DNA from: Minisyncoccota bacterium
Lineage (GTDB): Bacteria; Patescibacteriota; Minisyncoccia; JAHIHE01; JAGLIN01
Length of the DNA: 64,000 bases
Assembly: GCA_028691985.1 (NCBI GenBank)
Contig: JAQUYG010000001.1
Location: 27,617 to 91,616, forward strand
Direction: 5' to 3'
Each line of letters opens with the position of its first letter. The first letter of the stretch is position 1. Of this stretch, positions 19,200 through 29,002 are shown one piece after another. The position numbers were made by a program, and so were the translations under genes. The notes beneath the pieces were generated by a model. The model searched no databases. It saw only the letters and a program-made list of their open reading frames with translations, and was not told where the DNA came from.

Positions 19200-19955
19200 A
19201 TGAAAAATAATAAGAAAACTTTAGGCATTATCGGAATCGGTCAGTTCTCCGAGTTCTTTATTCCATATCTAAAACCTTTTTTCCAAGATATTTATATAAC
19301 GAGCAAAACTGACAAAAACGCAGTCGCAAAAAAGCTTAGTGTCAAAAATTCTACCTTGAAAGAAGTATGTGAGCAGGACATCATTATGTTATCGATGCCT
19401 ATCTCGCAAATATCGCAAGTTCTTGATTCAATCAAGAAAAATACTCACGAGGACCAAATCATAATAGATATATGTTCTGTAAAAATATTTCCCATCAAGG
19501 AAATGAAAAAGAAATTGCCGAAAGATGTCCAAATCCTGGGAACCCATCCCCTTTTCGGCCCACAGAGCGGCAAAGACGGCATAAAAGGACTAGAAATAGT
19601 CCTCTGCCCGGCAAGAATAAAAGATGAAGATTTTAAAAAGATAGAGACGGTTTTTAAAAAAATGGGGCTAAAAATCACAGAAACGACACCGCAAAAGCAT
19701 GACGAGATAATGGCATACACACAAGCTCTTACTCACTTCTTCTCACGCGCCGCAGCGAAGACCATCCCATTTGAAGATTTCAAATTTACCACCCCATCCG
19801 CAAAAAGGCTCAGAAATATAATCAACGAAGTCAAAGACGATTCCAAAGAACTTTTTATGGATATGCAGACGCTCAATCCTTATGCGGAGAAAACAAGAAA
19901 AAAATTTCTCACAGAACTTAACAAGATAAATGACGAATTATGGAAGAAAAAATAA
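19200..19955 (+). CDS. tyrA: Prephenate/arogenate dehydrogenase
   Basis: LGIIGIGQFSEF is a Rossmann GxGxxG motif, and GTHPLFGP is the TyrA HP(M/L)FG motif. Confidence 0.75.
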   Translation: MKNNKKTLGIIGIGQFSEFFIPYLKPFFQDIYITSKTDKNAVAKKLSVKNSTLKEVCEQDIIMLSMPISQISQVLDSIKKNTHEDQIIIDICSVKIFPIKEMKKKLPKDVQILGTHPLFGPQSGKDGIKGLEIVLCPARIKDEDFKKIETVFKKMGLKITETTPQKHDEIMAYTQALTHFFSRAAAKTIPFEDFKFTTPSAKRLRNIINEVKDDSKELFMDMQTLNPYAEKTRKKFLTELNKINDELWKKK

Positions 19956-20506
19956 TCGGCGTTTCCGGCGCTATCGGAAGCTTCTCCGAACAGGCCGCCA
20001 AGGAATATTGCCGCAATAAAAAAATAGAAGATTACAAACTTGAATATCTAATTTCAGTCGAAAATGTGCTCAGCGCCCTCAAAAAAGAAAAAATCAACCT
20101 CGGAATATTCCCTATCGAAAATTCCAACGGAGGCATAGTTATTGAAAGCGTATACGCCATGAGTCGATATATTTTCAACATCCAGGAGCTTTTTGAAATA
20201 CCGGTAATCCATTGCCTGCTTGTAAAACCCGGCATTAAGAAAGAAGATATCAAGACTATCGCCTCTCACGACCAGGCAATCAAACAGTGTAAGATGTATA
20301 TCAAAAGAAGTTGGCCTTCTGCCGCCATTGAACAACGCGACGACACCGCCAAAGCCGCCAAAGATCTCTCGGAAGGCGTTTTAACTGACGATACAGCTGT
20401 TCTAGCCCCAGAAAGCTGCGCGAAGCTCTACAACCTCGAAATCCTCGAAAAAGGCGTGCAAGACCTCAAATTCAATTTTACCAGTTTTTTGGTAGTAACT
20501 AAATAA
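19940..20506 (+). CDS. pheA: Prephenate dehydratase (catalytic PDT domain only, no ACT domain)
   Basis: IIGVSGAIGSFSEQAAKEY and PIENSNGGIVIE resemble the PDT motifs (LGPEGTFS / ENSxxGxV). It overlaps the tyrA stop. Confidence 0.6.
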   Translation: MEEKIIGVSGAIGSFSEQAAKEYCRNKKIEDYKLEYLISVENVLSALKKEKINLGIFPIENSNGGIVIESVYAMSRYIFNIQELFEIPVIHCLLVKPGIKKEDIKTIASHDQAIKQCKMYIKRSWPSAAIEQRDDTAKAAKDLSEGVLTDDTAVLAPESCAKLYNLEILEKGVQDLKFNFTSFLVVTK

Positions 20507-20523
20507 AATCGAGACAAAAAAAG

Positions 20524-20568
20524 AAACATAGCTCGCGTTAACCGCATAAAAGCTATGTTTTTTATTAT
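20524..20568. terminator. Bidirectional intrinsic terminator
   Basis: AAACATAGCT-cgcgttaaccgcataaa-AGCTATGTTTTTTATT. Confidence 0.6.
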
Positions 20569-20581
20569 TTTTCTATTAAGT

Positions 20582-21163
20582 TCATTTTTCGCAGTCAGCT
20601 GTCATCGTTGCTTCTTCTTCGCAGCCCATAAAAGCAAGATGATTCGGTTGAGCTACATTATTCATCCGAAAACTTTTCTGATTGATTTCTTCTGTTTTTA
20701 AGGATAACTTAGTAAAATCCAATATATTTTTTAAGATAACTATAGCTTCGAAGAAATCGATGCCTTTCAGATCCTGAATAATGATTTTATCTTTCTTCCA
20801 TATATTCGTTCTGGTACTGAAAGGACTTGTCATCTGCAAGAATTTTTCCCGCACCTCCTCAAAAGCCACCCCTTCACAAAGAACAACTTCCATCCAATTC
20901 CGGTCGTCCACTAAAGAGACTTCTCCTGTCACATCTGTTTTTCTAACTTTGATATTTTCAAGAGTTTCGATCCTCGAAAGAAAGTTCAAAACCTTTTCCA
21001 ACCTGACTTTCCAGCCGAATTCTTTGATATTTACCAGAAAATATCCTTTTGTTTCGTTGAGAATATCCATGCTGAAATGCGTATCCAGCATAGAGCTGAT
21101 TTCTCTAAGCACTTTTTTTAGATCTTTAGACTTGTCCTTTCTTACGATAAGCGTCTCATTCAA
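20582..21163 (-). CDS. Hypothetical protein, possibly an ACT-like regulatory fold
   Basis: 193 aa; the start overlaps the upstream aminotransferase stop. No confident family was recognised. Confidence 0.35.
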   Translation of the reverse strand: MNETLIVRKDKSKDLKKVLREISSMLDTHFSMDILNETKGYFLVNIKEFGWKVRLEKVLNFLSRIETLENIKVRKTDVTGEVSLVDDRNWMEVVLCEGVAFEEVREKFLQMTSPFSTRTNIWKKDKIIIQDLKGIDFFEAIVILKNILDFTKLSLKTEEINQKSFRMNNVAQPNHLAFMGCEEEATMTADCEK

Positions 21164-22355
21164 TTTTAACTACCCCCTTTTGGATAAACAATTTTTCTAT
21201 TATATTCATAGCTTTTATAAGCTCTTCTGTGGTGGTCGCAAAACATATCCTAATATAATCATCACAAGTCTCTCCAAAGATGATCCCTGGAGCGACTGCA
21301 AGCCCTTCTTGAAGCAGAATCTCTGAACATTCCTCAGAATTAACACCGAATTTCTTCGGTAATTTTACAAATACATAAAAGGCTCCCTTCGGCGGCACAT
21401 ATTCTATACCCCAAAGATCAAAGAACGCACAGATATAATCTTTATTTTTCTTATATTCTTCGTTGCTTTTCTTTATGAAAGCCAGAGAATCTTCGAAATG
21501 ATTATCTATCGCCGCTTTGATAATGAATTGGAGCAGCGAACAAGAATTCCCGTCAATATTGCTCTTTGCGGCTATCATATCCCTGCATTTTGCATTTATC
21601 GCAAGTACAAAGCCTGCGCGCCAGCCAGGAATTGCCCACATCTTGGAAAAACTATTGACTATGATTGTCCGCTCTTTCATCCCCTTAAAACTGGCAATGG
21701 AGACCGGCATCTCGCCTTCCAAAATGATCGTGTTGTAAACCTCGTCTGAAATTACGATAAAGTCATGTTCAATAGCAAGCTGAGCAAGTTCCCCCAGCTC
21801 CTCATTGCTCCATATGACACTCGTAGGATTATTCGGGCTATTTATTATGATAGCCCTGGTATTTTTGGTAATTTTTGCTCTTATTTCTGCAAGCGGTAAA
21901 GAAAAATCCTCATTCGGGCCGACCAATACAAGTATGCCGTCATGAGCGCGAATTATCGCATTATAAGTCGGCCAATCAGAGGCAAAAATTATAATTTCGT
22001 AACCTGGCTTAGTTTCTTGATCGGCCAATGTCGCCGCAACTGCCAGGTCTATACCCTGTTTTGCACCGCTGGTAAAAATAATCTCATCGAGAGAATATTC
22101 CAGAGTGAACATCTTATAAACAAATTCACTTATGCTCTCTCTAATCTCGATAGCACCTTCAACAAAAGTATAGCCGTTATTGGATTCCATCTTCGAGGCT
22201 TCTGCTCCAGCCTCTATCAAAAAAAGAGGAGTAGTTACATGGGGCTCGCCTACATTTAATCTTATCACTGTTTGACCGCCAATAATAAGCTCCAAAATCT
22301 TTGCATTCAACTCATTGAGCGGAGAACCTTTTGCTTTTATTTTTTTTCCTGACAT
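21156..22355 (-). CDS. PLP-dependent aminotransferase, class I/II (aspartate/aromatic type)
   Basis: NSFSKMWAIPGWRAGF is the PLP-Lys region of the family. Confidence 0.85.
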   Translation of the reverse strand: MSGKKIKAKGSPLNELNAKILELIIGGQTVIRLNVGEPHVTTPLFLIEAGAEASKMESNNGYTFVEGAIEIRESISEFVYKMFTLEYSLDEIIFTSGAKQGIDLAVAATLADQETKPGYEIIIFASDWPTYNAIIRAHDGILVLVGPNEDFSLPLAEIRAKITKNTRAIIINSPNNPTSVIWSNEELGELAQLAIEHDFIVISDEVYNTIILEGEMPVSIASFKGMKERTIIVNSFSKMWAIPGWRAGFVLAINAKCRDMIAAKSNIDGNSCSLLQFIIKAAIDNHFEDSLAFIKKSNEEYKKNKDYICAFFDLWGIEYVPPKGAFYVFVKLPKKFGVNSEECSEILLQEGLAVAPGIIFGETCDDYIRICFATTTEELIKAMNIIEKLFIQKGVVKIE

Positions 22356-22502
22356 TTTTCGTTCACTCCTTTTTATTTTTGTTTCTGTTCCATACGAAAT
22401 GTTTGTGAAATGTCAATGAACTGCAAACTTGAGTAAAACTCCCTATGAGCTTACTTCCGAATTTTCGTCCGTTACAAGACGAAAGCTCGAAACTAAGCAC
22501 AT

Positions 22503-22536
22503 AAAAAAACAGCCTCTTGAGACAGGCTGTTTTTCG
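22503..22536. terminator. Bidirectional intrinsic terminator between the two aminotransferase genes
   Basis: AAAAAAACAGCCTcttgagacAGGCTGTTTTTCG. Confidence 0.6.
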
Positions 22537-22663
22537 TGTTATAAACTACGGCAAAAGCGACCTATCTCAAATGACGGCTAAAATAAAAGAAAAACCAGTT
22601 GCTTATGTTGTAATTCATAATTTTCAATTTATAAAGCTATTGTAGCCAAATTATTATTTCATG

Positions 22664-23845
22664 TCAATGCCTGGTTTCTTCCAAAAACTTCTTCATTCTC
22701 TTAACTCCCTCTACAATATCTTCCATTGAGGTTCCAAAAGAAATCCTGAAATAATTATCGAAGCTCTTTCCAAAAAAAATACCCGGAGCGACAGCAATGC
22801 CTGTTTTCTCGAGAAGGGACTCAACAAACTCTCGTGATCCCATATCAAACCCCTTAGGTATCTTAGCAAACAAGTAGAAGGTTCCCTCCGGCTTTTTATA
22901 TTCCATCTTCATACCATCTAGACTTTCACACAAAAAATCTCTCCTTTTTAAATATTCACCCTTTGCCATATCAACGAATCTGAGATAATCCTCAAAATGA
23001 TTTGCCAGCACTTCCTCGACGACCATTTGAAAAAAAGAATTAGTATTCCCATTGATATTACTCTTAACTTTTATCATATTGTCGATTATTTCCCGAGAAG
23101 AAAAGGCAAAACCCAGCCGATAACCTGTCATAGAAAGTGTTTTAGAAAAGCCATCAATCACTATTGCTCGCTCTTTAGCCCCTGGGAAATCAGCGACAGA
23201 AATGTGTTTTTTTCCGTCAAAAACAGTAGAATTATAAACTTCATCTGAAATAATTATAAGATTATGTTTTTCAGCCAACTCTACGATTTCCCCAATATCC
23301 TCCCGCCCATATATCATCCCTACGGGATTGTTAGGGTTGTTTATCACTATTGCCTTGGTATTCTCATTAACAGCTTTTTTTATCGCCTCAATATTGAGAC
23401 CAAAGTTATTAGTAATATCCACCACCACAGGAAGGCCTCCAAAAAATTTGACCTGTTCAACATAGGTCGGCCAATGAGGGGCCACGACGATTACCTCGTC
23501 GTTGCCATTTAAAATCGCCGCAAAGGCCAAAAATAGCGCCTCCTTGGCCCCATTGGTCACAATCACCTCCTCCTTATTATATTCCAGCCCAAAAGTCTTT
23601 TTCTGCAGGTCTGCGAGCAAAAAACGAAGTTTATCCGTCCCGCCCGTGTGATTATAAAAATTATTTTTATCTTTTCCGTTTACAATCTTTATCGCTTCTT
23701 TTACAAATTCTGGACAAGCAAAATCCGGCTGCCCCAGGTTGAACTGCAAAACACTCTTCCCCTCTGCAATTTTATATTTAACATCAGAATCCCACTTATT
23801 TAGAAACGATTCCTGAATGCCTAAGACTTTTCCAGAGAACATCAT
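22664..23845 (-). CDS. PLP-dependent aminotransferase, class I/II, paralogous to 21156..22355
   Basis: DGFSKTLSMTGYRLGF; it has the same domain order as the neighbouring paralog. Confidence 0.85.
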   Translation of the reverse strand: MMFSGKVLGIQESFLNKWDSDVKYKIAEGKSVLQFNLGQPDFACPEFVKEAIKIVNGKDKNNFYNHTGGTDKLRFLLADLQKKTFGLEYNKEEVIVTNGAKEALFLAFAAILNGNDEVIVVAPHWPTYVEQVKFFGGLPVVVDITNNFGLNIEAIKKAVNENTKAIVINNPNNPVGMIYGREDIGEIVELAEKHNLIIISDEVYNSTVFDGKKHISVADFPGAKERAIVIDGFSKTLSMTGYRLGFAFSSREIIDNMIKVKSNINGNTNSFFQMVVEEVLANHFEDYLRFVDMAKGEYLKRRDFLCESLDGMKMEYKKPEGTFYLFAKIPKGFDMGSREFVESLLEKTGIAVAPGIFFGKSFDNYFRISFGTSMEDIVEGVKRMKKFLEETRH

Positions 23846-23958
23846 TTGATAGCTTTTATTTATTTATATTCTATATAATACCAAGAGCATTTGATAAGTC
23901 AATAAAAACAAAAAAACAGCCCTACAAAAGAGCTGTCTTATCTATGTCAGGAAAAATC

Positions 23959-24603
23959 TCACTTCCCTCTCCGTACCCCAGAAAATTCCCTCGCCCGCCT
24001 CTCTTGAAAAGGAAAGTCCAGCTCATCCAAGATAGTCTTCGCCTCATCATTTTTTCCCTCTGATTGCAAAATTTTTGCTTCGGCAAACTTTGAAAAATTC
24101 TCCTCATTTATAATCTCTAGAATTTTCCCGCCACCTCTCTGCTCCATAAGAACTTTCCAGGTTTCATAGTCTCCGCTTTCAAAAACTTCCATCATATCTC
24201 CTCGTTGCCCGTCGTCTCTAAGACAATCTCCACAGTCTTTAGATTGAACCATGTCCCCACGCGAAAAAAACATCTTTTTTTGAACACCATTTTCCTCTAG
24301 GAGAGAAATTGCTCCTTCCAAATCTCCGCTTTCTTTAAGTTTGTAGGCTTCAATAATGACAGCAAAAGTGTCCTTATCCGTAGCACCTGAGATTCTATCA
24401 CCTCCGACACTCTCGACCAGACTTTTCCATTTATCATAGTCACCGTTCTGGATGGCTGCATCGATGCTCTGCCGAGTTTCCTCAGAAAGATTACATTTTT
24501 CCCTCATTCCAGAAAAGCGACTGGATGAAGCATTGGCAGAAAAGATAGCCGATCCCATAAGGATCGAAAAGGCGGTTATCCCGATGATTTTTTTATTCTT
24601 CAT
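23959..24603 (-). CDS. Secreted protein with alternating internal repeats
   Basis: A signal peptide (MKNKKIIGITAFSILMGSAIFSANA) is followed by repeated GDY(D/E)xWKxLxE and EAxKLxESGxxEEA units. Confidence 0.45.
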   Translation of the reverse strand: MKNKKIIGITAFSILMGSAIFSANASSSRFSGMREKCNLSEETRQSIDAAIQNGDYDKWKSLVESVGGDRISGATDKDTFAVIIEAYKLKESGDLEGAISLLEENGVQKKMFFSRGDMVQSKDCGDCLRDDGQRGDMMEVFESGDYETWKVLMEQRGGGKILEIINEENFSKFAEAKILQSEGKNDEAKTILDELDFPFQERRAREFSGVRRGK

Positions 24604-24675
24604 AGATTTTATATTATTAGTGATTTTAAGACGCCACTCTTACACCGTATAATACGCATGCTGATTTTTTTTATT

Positions 24676-25458
24676 TCACGACCCCGAGAAATCATGCTTT
24701 GGCACAATCTCTATAATTACCGACCTCGGACTAAAATCCACTTTGTCCATAAACGGAAATATATCCTTAGCAATAAATATTTGCTCCTCCTGTCTCTCTC
24801 CGAATACTTTGACATCAAAATTCCGCTCAATCGTAACCCCGCCATGCATCTTTGCACCAGAAGCTTCAACCAACCAAGATCCCCCAGACAGATCCTTAAG
24901 AAAGAATTGCCCATTTTCTATATCCACCTCTTTAATCACTCCCAGAATTATACCCTCTTCCGGCCTATTCCATATCTGATTCTGCCGAACTTTCATATCC
25001 TTATAGAAAGGCGCCCTTCTGGCAAACTCGATTTCTGCTTGCTCTCCTGCCCCGATTGCATATAATCCGGCGCCCAAAACAAAAGACAATAAAATATTTA
25101 ACAATACGATTTTTATGAATCCATAGCGATACCCCGTCTTCGTATGTTCATAATAATAGTAAGCTACAAGAAGAAATATTAAAAATGCCAGAAGCCAGAA
25201 GTAGGGCAATGTCACCAAGACAAGCCCCAAAGGATTATTTCCAAGCATATGATAAAGCCCCCAATCGCTGACCCCGACAAGATACAAAACCACGGCCACG
25301 GAAAGCGACCCGAAAAATATGTTCACAAAAAACACAAGCCAGACTACATATTCCCTAAGAATAAAACGCCACCTAGATTTCGGCTGAATCTTTTTTCCTC
25401 TGATTTCCTCCAGAATACTCGCACTTAAATCTTTTTCCATATATTTATAAGTTAACAC
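24676..25458 (-). CDS. Putative membrane anti-sigma factor, co-transcribed with the ECF sigma upstream
   Basis: The start overlaps the sigma stop. It has a short cytoplasmic N-terminus, TM segments and an extracytoplasmic domain. The call rests on context only. Confidence 0.4.
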   Translation of the reverse strand: MLTYKYMEKDLSASILEEIRGKKIQPKSRWRFILREYVVWLVFFVNIFFGSLSVAVVLYLVGVSDWGLYHMLGNNPLGLVLVTLPYFWLLAFLIFLLVAYYYYEHTKTGYRYGFIKIVLLNILLSFVLGAGLYAIGAGEQAEIEFARRAPFYKDMKVRQNQIWNRPEEGIILGVIKEVDIENGQFFLKDLSGGSWLVEASGAKMHGGVTIERNFDVKVFGERQEEQIFIAKDIFPFMDKVDFSPRSVIIEIVPKHDFSGS

Positions 25459-26035
25459 TCTCCTTTTCCAATTCTTCCTGAAAACTTTTTTTCGCTCTGC
25501 TGATCAGAGTCGCAACTGTCCCCATTGGTTTCTTCAGAATATCAGAAATTTCCTTATAGTCTTTATCCTCCCAAAACCGCAGAATCAGAACCTCCCGATG
25601 TTTCTCGTTGAGACGACCAAGGATTTCTCCTATATTCTTTTTCAGATAATTTTCATCCACCTCCTTATCGGTCTTCATATCAGATGCAAGATTCGCGAGA
25701 AAATCGTTATCCAAATCCAACACACACTGCGGCCTAGCCTTTTTTCGCCGATGGCTATTTATGACTTCATTATGCGTAATTCGATATATCCAAGAAGAAA
25801 ATTTCAGCTGATCGTCGAAAGAATTGAGGTTGATATAAGTCTTGATAAAAACCTCTTGCAAAATATCCTCCGCATCTTCCTTGGAAAATCCGGAAATTCT
25901 TACTATATAAGATAGCAATTTTCGCTCATATCTTTTTATTATATGCAAAAAACAGTCCTGATCTTCCAAAGCCATCTTTACTAGCTCTTCATCAGTCTTT
26001 TGAGAAAACAAATCAATATAGGAATCTTTCTCCAT
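25445..26035 (-). CDS. ECF-type RNA polymerase sigma-70 factor
   Basis: Region 2: DAEDILQEVFIKTYINLNSFDDQLKFSSWIYRITHNEVINSHRRKK. Region 4: REVLILRFWEDKDYKEISDILKKPMGTVATLISRAKK. Confidence 0.85.
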   Translation of the reverse strand: MEKDSYIDLFSQKTDEELVKMALEDQDCFLHIIKRYERKLLSYIVRISGFSKEDAEDILQEVFIKTYINLNSFDDQLKFSSWIYRITHNEVINSHRRKKARPQCVLDLDNDFLANLASDMKTDKEVDENYLKKNIGEILGRLNEKHREVLILRFWEDKDYKEISDILKKPMGTVATLISRAKKSFQEELEKESVNL

Positions 26036-26079
26036 AGGGCGTAATACGGTTTAATATGCTTTTTTATTTCCAAAAGCGT

Positions 26080-26256
26080 TTACTTCTTGAAAATTATCTC
26101 ATCTACCGGAAAAAACACCAGCGCTCCGATGAAATTAGCAATTACTGTCTTGGTCAGATTGTCGTAAGGCAGACAAGCTAGAACCAGATACAAAATCGGT
26201 GTACTAAGCTGCCAACGCATGACATAAAAAAACAGCTTCTTGAATTTTTTATCCAT
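26080..26256 (-). CDS. Possible 58-aa membrane mini-protein, not in the ORF track
   Basis: MDKKFKKLFFYVMRWQLSTPILYLVLACLPYDNLTKTVIANFIGALVFFPVDEIIFKK resembles a GtrA-like fragment. Confidence 0.2.
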   Translation of the reverse strand: MDKKFKKLFFYVMRWQLSTPILYLVLACLPYDNLTKTVIANFIGALVFFPVDEIIFKK

Positions 26257-26422
26257 TTTATTGATTACTGAGCTTATTTAACCAGTCCAGAAACCAGAAT
26301 GATTTTAGCACAGAAAATCCACGATTACAATTACCTATTTTTTGACTTTTATGGAGAAAAAATGTATTATTAAAAGACTAAAAGGTCGAGTTCTTTAATT
26401 AATCCACTGATAACCAAAAAAT

Positions 26423-26629
26423 ATGCAAAAGCTAAATGCAGTAGACTGGCTGGCCCTAGTTCTCGTTTTAGTGGGAGCATTGAACTGGGGGTTGGTCGGG
26501 TTGTTAGATTTTGATCTGGTCGCTACTTTGTTTGGAGACATGTCTCTCATCTCCAGAGCGATTTATTCCTTTGTGGGAATCGCCGCTCTCTACATTGCCG
26601 CCATTTCCATGAGCTTGAACAAAGAATAG
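26423..26629 (+). CDS. DUF378-family small membrane protein
   Basis: …WLALVLVLVGALNWGLVGLLDFDLVATLFG…VGIAALY. Confidence 0.55.
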   Translation: MQKLNAVDWLALVLVLVGALNWGLVGLLDFDLVATLFGDMSLISRAIYSFVGIAALYIAAISMSLNKE

Positions 26630-26669
26630 AAAAAACCATAAAAAACAGGAAGAGCTATCTTCCTGTTTT

Positions 26670-27377
26670 TTATTTTACCAAATAACTTTCTCGTTCCTTT
26701 TTATCAAACCGCTCAATCGCATAACGAAGCATTGTTCTTGGCATTTTTTTGTGATATTTAAGCAGAAAGATTTCTTCTGCCGCCAAGTCCCGCTTTCCCA
26801 CTTCCCGCAGCATCCACCCGACTGCTTTATGCATAAGATCGTGCTCGTCAAAAAGAAGAATTTCTGCAATCTTCAAGGTATCTCCAAAATCGTTTTTACG
26901 GATAAAAGCAAGCGTGGCTATTATCGCAATCCTCCTCTGCCATAGATTATCAGACTTAGCAAGTTCATAAAGCGCCCCCCTGTCCTTATTCAAAAGATGA
27001 TAGCCGAGAATCTTCGGAGCCGAGACATCTACTAAGTCCCAATTATTTATCTTCTTTGAATTCCTTATATAAAAATCAAAGATATTTTTTCTCATGTCCG
27101 CATCGCCTTGCTCGTATTTTTTCATAAGGATAAGAAGCGCGCAGAACCTTTCTTCGTGTATTTTACTTTCAAGCAGCTTTTTCACATCTCCGAACTCTAA
27201 ATCATAGAAACCTCTGACAATCATCCGCTGTACAGGGACTTTTATCCCCCAAAACACATCTCCTTCGCCATATTCCCCCTTGCCTGTTTTGAAAAACCCC
27301 TGCAGAATTTTCGCTTGATTCTCATTAGCCTCATCTGCTAAAACTTTTCTCAAACTACCCAATTTATTATCTTCCAT
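26670..27377 (-). CDS. DNA alkylation repair protein (AlkD-like HEAT-repeat glycosylase family)
   Basis: …FWGIKVPVQRMIV…NNWDLVDVSAPKILGYHL…LWQRRIAIIATLAFIRKNDF…HDLMHKAVGWMLREVGKRD. Confidence 0.65.
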   Translation of the reverse strand: MEDNKLGSLRKVLADEANENQAKILQGFFKTGKGEYGEGDVFWGIKVPVQRMIVRGFYDLEFGDVKKLLESKIHEERFCALLILMKKYEQGDADMRKNIFDFYIRNSKKINNWDLVDVSAPKILGYHLLNKDRGALYELAKSDNLWQRRIAIIATLAFIRKNDFGDTLKIAEILLFDEHDLMHKAVGWMLREVGKRDLAAEEIFLLKYHKKMPRTMLRYAIERFDKKERESYLVK

Positions 27378-27469
27378 AAATTTCCATATTATATCAAAAT
27401 TCTAGCAGAAAAATGCATAAAAAAAAACCCGCTCATAACGGGCCTTCTTTTTTATAGACATGAATGAAA

Positions 27470-28993
27470 TCACTCGACCGCTTCGCTCACAGCAGCATCG
27501 ACATCCGTATCGACTGCCGTTTTCTCCATAATCCGGATCGGATCTCCATCAGATTGGTTTATAAAATCTTTTATGATAGGCACGATGACTCTCTTTTTCC
27601 AATAATAATTGTCTTCAGAAATACTTTTGACAGGAAATATGAGTGCCGGAACCAAATATTCATAACTCTTATTTTCGGTTTTATCATATCTCCAGAAATG
27701 TTCCAGTCCCACAAAAGGAGTATCCAGCTCAATAGTCACCTTTACCGACTCTGTTCTCTCGTCGTACAGCACCGGCTTCGATCTATCAGGACTGTTCACA
27801 CTGTTTATTATTTTATCAAAATCCCGTTCAGTATCATAGAGGGAGCTCTCGTAGTTCTGGACTGTGAGATTGTTGACCGCCGAAACCCTGCCACTACGCA
27901 CATCATAATTAACATTCAGTCCGGATATGTTTCCATAGCCCTCGTAGACTTTTATGTCATTGATAAGAAACGGGTATATGACTGTTACTTCGTCAGGGAT
28001 ATACGCATCTTCAATATTTTTGTAATACATCAAAAAATCCCTATTGACCTCCGGCTCGCCATAGATGCTAGTATCTATCCCATAGCCCGACAAGAAATCA
28101 TTGGCGACAGCTACGATAACTTCGTCATCAGGAATGTCTGAAAGAGAGGGACGGTCTGTTTCATAGCACCCTTCGGAAGTACAAGTGGTGGAATAATAAT
28201 TAGGCCATTTTTCCCAATTTTTATAAATATATGCCGAACCGTTCGTAAAATCTATCTCTGTCCGATAACCAAAATCAGAATTATCCACAAAACTTATATT
28301 ACCGACATTTGCATCGCCAACTTTGCCAAGATCAAACAGATTAAAATTTATCCTACCAGTAACACTACCTCCTTTGACCGAACCGCTTGTTGGAACCTTC
28401 CTGAACACATCCATTTTTTCTTGCTCTATAACAATCTCCTCCCCCGCATAAACATAAGAATAGTACATCGGCCCGAAAGGATAATCGATTTTGGATTCAG
28501 CATTGCCAGGAGGAGTAGAATATCTGCCTCCGCCCGCGCCTGCCGGAACGCTTTCCATATTAACCTCATCAGAAGAACTTTTCTCTACATTAAGATCAGA
28601 AAGTACGCCGAAAGCATTATCTTTGAGTTGTGCAACTGTCGGTTCGGAGGAAAAGAACAGATTCCTTCCATTCTCCATATCGACACCGGACCTATTTGAA
28701 ATTCCAGAAACAGAAATCAGGATAACCACGACAACCACCAACCCCCCGATAGCAAAAGACAACCCCTTATACATTTCCAAAAAGGAAAATTCCTTCTTCC
28801 CCACTACTTTCATCGGACCTACACTCTCCACAAGCTGCTTTTTTAGGGAGAGGACAAATTCTTCATCCGGCTCCAAGTCCGGCTCTATCTCCAAGAGTTC
28901 CTCAAGTACTTTAATGATTTCTACTTCATCGGACCTGAGACTGGGATCTATCTTATATATATCCTTTAAGATATCCTTTATTTTCTCGTTCAT
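27470..28993 (-). CDS. Putative anti-sigma factor with large extracytoplasmic domain (507 aa), paired with the sigma at 29003..29560
   Basis: Acidic cytoplasmic N-terminus, a single TM (LSFAIGGLVVVVVILISV), then a large Ser/Asp/Tyr-rich domain. It lies 10 nt downstream of the ECF sigma. Confidence 0.45.
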   Translation of the reverse strand: MNEKIKDILKDIYKIDPSLRSDEVEIIKVLEELLEIEPDLEPDEEFVLSLKKQLVESVGPMKVVGKKEFSFLEMYKGLSFAIGGLVVVVVILISVSGISNRSGVDMENGRNLFFSSEPTVAQLKDNAFGVLSDLNVEKSSSDEVNMESVPAGAGGGRYSTPPGNAESKIDYPFGPMYYSYVYAGEEIVIEQEKMDVFRKVPTSGSVKGGSVTGRINFNLFDLGKVGDANVGNISFVDNSDFGYRTEIDFTNGSAYIYKNWEKWPNYYSTTCTSEGCYETDRPSLSDIPDDEVIVAVANDFLSGYGIDTSIYGEPEVNRDFLMYYKNIEDAYIPDEVTVIYPFLINDIKVYEGYGNISGLNVNYDVRSGRVSAVNNLTVQNYESSLYDTERDFDKIINSVNSPDRSKPVLYDERTESVKVTIELDTPFVGLEHFWRYDKTENKSYEYLVPALIFPVKSISEDNYYWKKRVIVPIIKDFINQSDGDPIRIMEKTAVDTDVDAAVSEAVE

Positions 28994-29002
28994 ATTTTTA
29001 AT

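Noticed and set aside
26040-26072. ECF-type promoter GGAAAT-N17-CGTA upstream of sigma 1
   Set aside because: The putative -10 is only ~10 nt from the start codon and overlaps a possible 58-aa ORF. It is plausible only if the mRNA is leaderless, so it was not called as a feature.
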